This document shows, in pieces, positions 26,760-32,000 of a DNA stretch of 32,000 bases. The stretch is from Pirellula staleyi DSM 6068. GTDB lineage: Bacteria > Planctomycetota > Planctomycetia > Pirellulales > Pirellulaceae. The notes under the pieces were generated by a model that was not told the DNA's origin, searched no databases, and saw only the letters and a program-made list of their open reading frames with translations. The stretch covers positions 900,001 to 932,000 of the forward strand of contig CP001848.1 of assembly GCA_000025185.1 (NCBI GenBank). Direction: 5' to 3'. The position numbers and the translations under genes were made by a program. Position 1 is the stretch's first letter, and every line of letters begins with the position of its first letter.

Positions 26760-27218
26760 TTACGAGTGCTCCCGCTCGAACATGATGAAGTCGGTGTTGA
26801 TCGCAGTACCACCGCAGCGGGCGATGATCTTCGCCAGTTGCCCGCGATGATACGGACCATGCAGCGCCACATGGGTCAGGATGTCAGCCACCGATGTGGC
26901 AAACGAATCTCCTCGGCTGTTGCTATAGCGAATCAGCTCTGTCAGCCGCGACTCATCAAGCTGCGACAAGAATGCTTGATATCCCGCCTGATTTTCATCA
27001 GCTAGCGTCGCACATTGCTCGAGGCTGAGGGTGGGCCAGACGGCGTGCGTTGGCTCACGATGTTCGAGCCGCGCGAGCCACACATGCTCTGCTGCCAGCA
27101 TATGCGCGAGTAGCGGCATTGCCTCTGCGTGTGCTTCAGGGGTCGCGCGCACCGCGCTAATCACTCGGCGACTGGCCCACGCTGCATAAGCAAGCAGTCG
27201 CTGAAAATAAGCTTTCAT
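26760..27218 (-). CDS. DinB/YfiT-family (four-helix-bundle metalloenzyme-like) protein
   Basis: The ATG at 27218 is preceded by GGAG with an 8-nt spacer. MKAYFQRLLAYAAWASRRV...HMLAAEHVWLARL...ILTHVALHGPYHRGQL shows the typical DinB histidine pattern. Confidence 0.82.
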   Translation of the reverse strand: MKAYFQRLLAYAAWASRRVISAVRATPEAHAEAMPLLAHMLAAEHVWLARLEHREPTHAVWPTLSLEQCATLADENQAGYQAFLSQLDESRLTELIRYSNSRGDSFATSVADILTHVALHGPYHRGQLAKIIARCGGTAINTDFIMFEREHS

Positions 27219-27374
27219 AGTGGCTTCTCCTTCTCGGCGATGCGCAGCGATCGCGCATCGAGACGACCATCGTACAAGCAACAACATCTCCAAGAGGTGC
27301 CGTGCAGCAGCAATGTTCGCGCAGAAGAATAATTGAAGCCAGCAGCTTCATAGGCAGACGACTCCCCCTTCGCA

Positions 27375-27408
27375 AAACAGGCGTTTTTCGCTGGAAAACG
27401 CACTGTTT
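27375..27408 (-). terminator. 13-bp hairpin about 100 nt downstream of the alpha-CTD gene
   Basis: AAACAGGCGTTTT (27375-27387), loop TCGCTGG, AAAACGCACTGTTT (27395-27408, one bulged A). There is no clear U-tract after it on either strand, so assigning it as a terminator is tentative. Confidence 0.3.
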
Positions 27409-27507
27409 CAACACTCCGAGCGCGGCGAGCGACAGATTGGGTCACACGCTCGCGCGCATCGGCTAGGAATCAATCGAGGGGGAGTTACTCTGCGATCGAA
27501 AGCAAAA

Positions 27508-27798
27508 CTAGGCGACCAATTGCTGGCGTGTTTTGCTGGCTCGCGAGGCGCGGAAGAAGCCGTACTTCTCCAAAGCCTTGAAGACTTCTTCGAGGGTCTT
27601 CTCGCCAAAGTTGGCGATGCCCAAAAGATCTTCGCGTGTGCAGTTCAGAAGATCGCGAACCGTGAAGATGCCACGCTCTTCGAGGCAATTGGTGGTTCGC
27701 ACCGTGAGGCCAATCTCTGCAGTGCTCATCTCGAGCCGCTCCTGCATGAGGCGTGCGTTTTCGTCGTGTTGGCTCAGCGGAATGCGCGTCCTGCTCAT
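27508..27798 (-). CDS. Stand-alone RNA polymerase alpha-subunit C-terminal-domain (alpha-CTD)-like protein (96 aa)
   Basis: EIGLTVRTTNCLEERGIFTVRDLLNCTREDLLGIANFGEKTLEEVFKALEKYGF matches the alpha-CTD double helix-hairpin-helix signature (L.LSVR..NCL...I..V.DL......EL..I.NFG.KSL.EI...L...G). GGAAGGAA lies just upstream of the ATG. There is no alpha-NTD, and the gene is not in a ribosomal-protein context. Confidence 0.85.
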   Translation of the reverse strand: MSRTRIPLSQHDENARLMQERLEMSTAEIGLTVRTTNCLEERGIFTVRDLLNCTREDLLGIANFGEKTLEEVFKALEKYGFFRASRASKTRQQLVA

Positions 27799-28010
27799 GG
27801 GGGTTCCTTCCCTAAATCAGATCGAAACAAAAATCGGGTTGTTCGGTGCCAAGTCTGTTGCGAGCAATCCTGCTCAAACCTTTACTTGGCTCTGACGTGG
27901 GAGAAATATAGCAGGCGATGCTCCAATTCCTAGCGTTTTCTGCACTAATTCTTGAGAAATTTTTTAAGAGTTGCTGTCACTGCTAGCACAGCATTACTGG
28001 CACAGGGGGC

Positions 28011-28039
28011 TTAGAACTTCGTGTACAATTTTCTATAAT
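28011..28039 (+). promoter_or_regulatory. Sigma70-like promoter TTAGAA-17 nt-TATAAT upstream of uvrD
   Basis: -35 at 28011-28016 and a perfect -10 TATAAT at 28034-28039. It sits in the AT-rich divergent intergenic region, about 100 nt before the helicase start. Confidence 0.5.
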
Positions 28040-28141
28040 ACTGATCAGTTGCAGTATCACCCGCGTAGCAACTTTGGAGGCGAGAATTCGGCTCTCCCGA
28101 GCATTGCCGACCGGCGCAGTTTTTTGAGCAGGATGGTTGTC

Positions 28142-30544
28142 ATGAGCTTGTTCCCGATGGATCGACTGAGCGATGCTGCGAGTGACCACGCGCTGCGTTC
28201 TCCCCTGCTCGACTCGCTGACCGATGCGCAGCGGGCTGCTGTTTGCCACATCGAAGGTCCGCTGCTGATTCTCGCCGGACCTGGTAGTGGCAAGACTCGC
28301 GTCGTCACTCACCGCGTAGCTTGGATGCTCGCCAGTGGCATTCCCGCCCGGCAAATCTTGGCCCTCACATTCACGAACAAAGCGGCCGATGAAATGCGCG
28401 GCCGCCTCGAACGTCTCGCGCCGCGACAAGCGGTTTGGATGGGAACGTTCCATCGCTTCTGCGCGCGAATGCTGCGTTCCTACGCCGAGCTGGTGGGACT
28501 ACGAGAAAACTTCTCGATCTACGACACCGACGACAGCCGCAAGATCCTGCAGATCGCGCTCGACGAAGAAGGGATCGATCTCACGCACACTTCGCCCGAC
28601 GCGATCGCACAGGCCATCAGTTGGGCCAAGAATAATCTGGTAACGGCAGATCGCTACGAACCTCGTCGCGGTCATGCGATTGGAGGTATCGTCGAGAAGG
28701 TCTACCCGACCTATCAAAAACTGATGCTCCGCTCGAGCGCCGTCGACTTCGACGACCTCCTCGTGCATGTCGCTATCTTGCTGAAAGAGAATCCTGAAGT
28801 TCGTCGTCAACTCGATGAGCGCTATCGCTACATCATGGTCGACGAGTATCAAGACACAAATCTCGCGCAGTACACCATCGTTCGCGCCCTTTCGATCGAT
28901 CATCCGAACCTCGCTGTCACTGGCGATCCCGACCAATCGATTTACGGCTGGCGTGGCGCGAATCTCTCGAACATTCTCGAGTTCGAGAAAGATTATCCGA
29001 AGGTCAAAGTCGTTCGGCTCGAACAAAATTATCGGAGTACGAAATCGATCCTGCATATCGCCGATCAGTTGATTCGTCACAACATCCGGCGCAAAGAAAA
29101 AGACCTTTTCACCGATAATCCCCAGGGAAATCGCGTTCGGCTTGCCACGTTTCCAACGCAGCGCGATGAAGCGGAAACCATTGCCGAAGAGATTGCTCAC
29201 GAGGTTCGTACAGGGAAGCGACGCCCGCGCGATTTTGCGATCTTCTATCGCACCAACGCGCTCTCGCGACAAATCGAACACGCGCTTCGCGAGCAAGTGA
29301 TTCCCTATCAAATCGTGAATGGGCTCGAGTTCTATCAGCGCAAAGAAATCAAAGATGTGCTGGCCTACCTGCAACTCGTGAACAACCCGCGCAGCGATGC
29401 CGCCTTGCTCCGGATCATCAACACCCCAACACGTGGCATCGGCAAAAGCACGATCGCCAAGATTCAAGAGGTGGCTCGCGACCGCGCTATTCCGCTGCTC
29501 GATGCGGCGCGCATGGCGGGGACCATCTCGGGACTCGCCAAAAAATCGGCGGTGGCAGTTGCCAAGTTTGTAGCGATGCTCGACCTGATCGGAACCAAAG
29601 CCACTGCGCCGGTTGAAGAACTCGTGGGCTATGTCCTGACCGAGACCGGTTATCGCGAAGTTCTAGAGAACAGCGAAGCAGAAGAAGATCACGAGCGCCT
29701 GGCGAACCTCGAAGAACTTCTGACAGCCGCCAGTGAGTTCGATTTGCGAAATCCGGGAGGAGCGGGGCTCGAGCAGTTTCTCGAAGATTCGTCGCTGGTA
29801 GCCGATACAGATGCATTTGAATCCGACAGCGACAAGGTCACCATGATGACCCTGCATGCCGCCAAAGGACTCGAATTTCCAGCGGTTTACATCGTTGCCT
29901 GCGAAGAAGGTTTGTTGCCACACGAGCGGAGTCGTCGCGATGAAGAGAAGCTCGAAGAAGAGCGGCGGCTGTTGTTCGTCGGCATCACGCGCGCGATGCA
30001 AGACCTCACCCTCACGTGGGCTCAGTACCGCATGTTCCGAGGTCAACAAGCGCCCGCAGTCGCGAGTTCGTTCCTCATGGAACTCCCCCGACACGAGATG
30101 GAACTGATCGGTGGGAACATGGGACGCGGAAGTGCGCCGCGCTATCTTGCCTGGGACGAAGAGAGTCAGCTCTCGCCGGAGGATGATGACCTGGAGTTTC
30201 CACCGCGTGAGCAGGATGCACTGATCGACGCGCCGATGTACGACGATGTCAACCAACTCGAGCCCGAAGAGATGCAGACTCGCAAGGCGAAAGAATCCAA
30301 AACCTTTAGTTCGGGGATCGTAACAGCTGCGGATCTTTTGGCTGGCAAGTCTCCCTCGGGAGGAATCTCGCCGTATGCTTTCAAACATGGAATGATGGTG
30401 CAACATCCCGAGTATGGCCCTGGTCAAATCGTGGCCTTGTCGGGCAACGGCGCGAAACGGGTTGCAAACGTGCGCTTCATGGAAGGTGGCGAAGAGCGAA
30501 AGTTTGTGATCGTGCACAGCAAACTCACACCACTCACCGAGTAG
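28142..30544 (+). CDS. uvrD: UvrD/PcrA-type superfamily 1A DNA helicase with a C-terminal Tudor-like tail
   Basis: SF1 motifs are present: GPGSGKTRVVTHR (I), TFTNKAADEM (Ia), MVDEYQDTN (II), GDPDQSIYGWRGA (III), LEQNYRST (IV), TLHAAKGLEFPAVYI (V), RRLLFVGITRA (VI). The C-terminal FKHGMMVQHPEYGPGQIVALSG...ANVRF resembles the PcrA/UvrD Tudor domain. The start is uncertain (ATG at 28133, 28142 or 28157; the ORF opens at 27971). Confidence 0.92.
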   Translation: MSLFPMDRLSDAASDHALRSPLLDSLTDAQRAAVCHIEGPLLILAGPGSGKTRVVTHRVAWMLASGIPARQILALTFTNKAADEMRGRLERLAPRQAVWMGTFHRFCARMLRSYAELVGLRENFSIYDTDDSRKILQIALDEEGIDLTHTSPDAIAQAISWAKNNLVTADRYEPRRGHAIGGIVEKVYPTYQKLMLRSSAVDFDDLLVHVAILLKENPEVRRQLDERYRYIMVDEYQDTNLAQYTIVRALSIDHPNLAVTGDPDQSIYGWRGANLSNILEFEKDYPKVKVVRLEQNYRSTKSILHIADQLIRHNIRRKEKDLFTDNPQGNRVRLATFPTQRDEAETIAEEIAHEVRTGKRRPRDFAIFYRTNALSRQIEHALREQVIPYQIVNGLEFYQRKEIKDVLAYLQLVNNPRSDAALLRIINTPTRGIGKSTIAKIQEVARDRAIPLLDAARMAGTISGLAKKSAVAVAKFVAMLDLIGTKATAPVEELVGYVLTETGYREVLENSEAEEDHERLANLEELLTAASEFDLRNPGGAGLEQFLEDSSLVADTDAFESDSDKVTMMTLHAAKGLEFPAVYIVACEEGLLPHERSRRDEEKLEEERRLLFVGITRAMQDLTLTWAQYRMFRGQQAPAVASSFLMELPRHEMELIGGNMGRGSAPRYLAWDEESQLSPEDDDLEFPPREQDALIDAPMYDDVNQLEPEEMQTRKAKESKTFSSGIVTAADLLAGKSPSGGISPYAFKHGMMVQHPEYGPGQIVALSGNGAKRVANVRFMEGGEERKFVIVHSKLTPLTE

Positions 30545-30592
30545 TCTCACCCTCTCTCCCAAACGTCGTTATTTCGAGCGGAAAACACGCGA

Positions 30593-32000
30593 ATGTCGGA
30601 CTACACCAAGATCGCTCAGCTGAAAAACGTAGCTGCTTTTCGTGCGCGCCTTGCCGAGCTTTCACTCGCGCTGCCCGTCGATGACAAAGCGCTGACAGCC
30701 GCCGAGGGTTCACCGCTAGCCGAGCCCCTTCAGTTGGGGCCTTGGAAACTCGCGAATCGGTTTTGTATTCATCCGATGGAAGGCTGGGATGCTAATCGCG
30801 ACGGAAGTCCGAGTCCTCACACGCTGCGACGCTGGCGCAACTTTGGCCGGAGTGGTGCCTCACTAATTTGGGGTGGAGAAGCTGCTGCGGTGCAACCCGA
30901 TGGCCGCGCAAATCCACTTCAAACCATGGCGATCGACAGCAATCGCGCGGGGCTTCGAGCGCTGCTCGACGAACTTTATGCCGGTCACGAAGAAGTAGCT
31001 GCTGGCGAGCCTCGTCCAGTAGTGGGATTGCAACTCACCCACTCGGGACGCTTCTCGCGTCCGAACGATAAACGACTCGAGCCGCGCATCGCCTACCATC
31101 ATCCGCTCCTCGATGCCAAGTTTGGAATTGATCCGAGCGATGCCAGCGTCGTCTGGACCGACGATGATCTCGAGCGACTGATCGATGCTTATGTGGCCGG
31201 CGCGAAGCTCGCTTACGAGGTCGGCTATCAGTTCGTGGATGTGAAAGCTTGTCACGGCTACTTACTGCATGAGTTCCTTAGTGCGCGATCGCGGCCGGGA
31301 AAATTCGGTGGCGATCTCGAGGCACGATCGCGGCTGCTACGGACAATTATCGGCCGTATTCGTAGTGAAATACCGCACCTTCAGACACTAGTGCGAATCA
31401 GCATTTTCGATACGTTGCCCTATCAGACGAGCCGTGAAACGGGCAAGCCGATGCCGTATGAGCATTTGCTTCCTTACGACGTTGGCTTCGGTGTCGACAA
31501 GGATGATCCGACACAGGTCGACCTCGCGGAACCGATCGAACTTTTGAAATTGCTCGCGCGCGAAGGTGTTCCATCGGTCAACGTTAGTTGTGGAAGCCCG
31601 TACTATAACCCTCACATTCAACGGCCGGCGATCTTTCCGCCAAGCGACGGCTATCAGCCTCCCGAAGATCCGCTCGTCGGTGTCTTTCGTCAAATCGAGA
31701 TGCATAGTCGATGCAAACAGGCAGTACCCGAACTTGTGTTCGTCGGTACCGGCTACTCCTACCTGCAAGACTACCTGCCACATGTCGCGCAGGCTGTGGT
31801 GCGCGAAGGTTGGATCGACATGGTGGGACTTGGTCGTATGGTTCTTTCGTATCCCGAGCTTCCGCGCGATGTGCTCCATCAAGCCTCGTGGGCTCGCAAA
31901 AAAGTGTGCCGGACGTTCAGCGACTGCACGACCGCGCCTCGCAATGGGATCGTGAGTGGCTGTTATCCGCTCGATCCGTACTACAAAGAACTCCCCGAAG
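30593..32000 (+). CDS. Old-Yellow-Enzyme-family NADH:flavin oxidoreductase (3' end beyond window)
   Basis: Absent from the ORF track because it has no stop in the window. My own translation from ATG 30593 is open to position 32000: MSDYTKIAQLKN...NRFCIHPMEGWD...LQLTHSGRFS...VDVKACHGYLLHEFLSARSR...GLGRMVLSYPELP...CRTFSDCTTAPRNGIVSGCYPLDPYY. HGYLLHEFLS is the classic OYE motif. Confidence 0.88.
   Translation, partial: MSDYTKIAQLKNVAAFRARLAELSLALPVDDKALTAAEGSPLAEPLQLGPWKLANRFCIHPMEGWDANRDGSPSPHTLRRWRNFGRSGASLIWGGEAAAVQPDGRANPLQTMAIDSNRAGLRALLDELYAGHEEVAAGEPRPVVGLQLTHSGRFSRPNDKRLEPRIAYHHPLLDAKFGIDPSDASVVWTDDDLERLIDAYVAGAKLAYEVGYQFVDVKACHGYLLHEFLSARSRPGKFGGDLEARSRLLRTIIGRIRSEIPHLQTLVRISIFDTLPYQTSRETGKPMPYEHLLPYDVGFGVDKDDPTQVDLAEPIELLKLLAREGVPSVNVSCGSPYYNPHIQRPAIFPPSDGYQPPEDPLVGVFRQIEMHSRCKQAVPELVFVGTGYSYLQDYLPHVAQAVVREGWIDMVGLGRMVLSYPELPRDVLHQASWARKKVCRTFSDCTTAPRNGIVSGCYPLDPYYKELPE

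Noticed and set aside
27238-27260. Hairpin CGATGCGC-AGCGATC-GCGCATCG upstream of dinB containing GCGATCGC (HIP1-like octamer). I also saw the octamer by eye at about 684, 28601 and 31285.
   Set aside because: It is a short palindrome in GC-rich DNA. Four copies spotted by eye, without a systematic count, are not evidence of a HIP1-type repeat system. It might be a dinB operator, but nothing supports that.
28499-30562. Two long minus-strand ORFs (28499-29467, 322 aa; 29663-30562, 299 aa) antisense to uvrD.
   Set aside because: uvrD carries all the SF1 helicase motifs in the plus frame. The antisense translations have no recognisable features.
30863-31882. Minus-strand ORFs 30863-31255 (130 aa) and 31388-31882 (164 aa).
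   Set aside because: They are antisense to the OYE-family reading frame, which is open from 30593 to the window end and was missing from the track only because it has no stop in the window.

Overview
GC-rich bacterial chromosomal window. The gene content (a heme-c DUF1592-type protein paired with DUF1552, a PQQ-like propeller, a DUF4832-type hydrolase, a stand-alone RpoA-CTD paralog, many signal-peptide proteins) suggests Planctomycetota; that assignment is inference. The left 9.1 kb is a minus-strand complex I operon, nuoA-B-C-D-E-F-G-H-I plus the 5' part of nuoJ, which runs off the left edge. A perfect CRP-type palindrome lies upstream of nuoA. The remainder holds tRNA-Val(CAC), tRNA-Ala(GGC) and mostly monocistronic or divergent genes: a DUF1592/DUF1552 pair, an orphan diadenylate-cyclase-like protein, an esterase, a DUF4832-type hydrolase, an LPG-synthase-TM/flippase-like membrane protein, a beta-helix protein, a PQQ propeller, DinB, a stand-alone alpha-CTD protein, UvrD/PcrA, and an OYE-family flavin oxidoreductase that runs off the right edge. 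I found no CRISPR array, transposase, integrase, phage genes or classical defence hallmarks. The best candidates for something undescribed are three. (1) A three-gene module at 24.3-26.7 kb: a 4-TM protein with an arrestin-like C-terminal domain, a translationally coupled soluble paralog of that domain, and a compact AAA+-like ATPase. (2) The orphan DAC-like enzyme at 14.6-15.9 kb, which has an uncharacterised N-terminal module. (3) The divergent pairing of the alpha-CTD paralog with a Tudor-tailed UvrD. All functional calls rest on motif recognition by eye. Novelty cannot be established without database searches.
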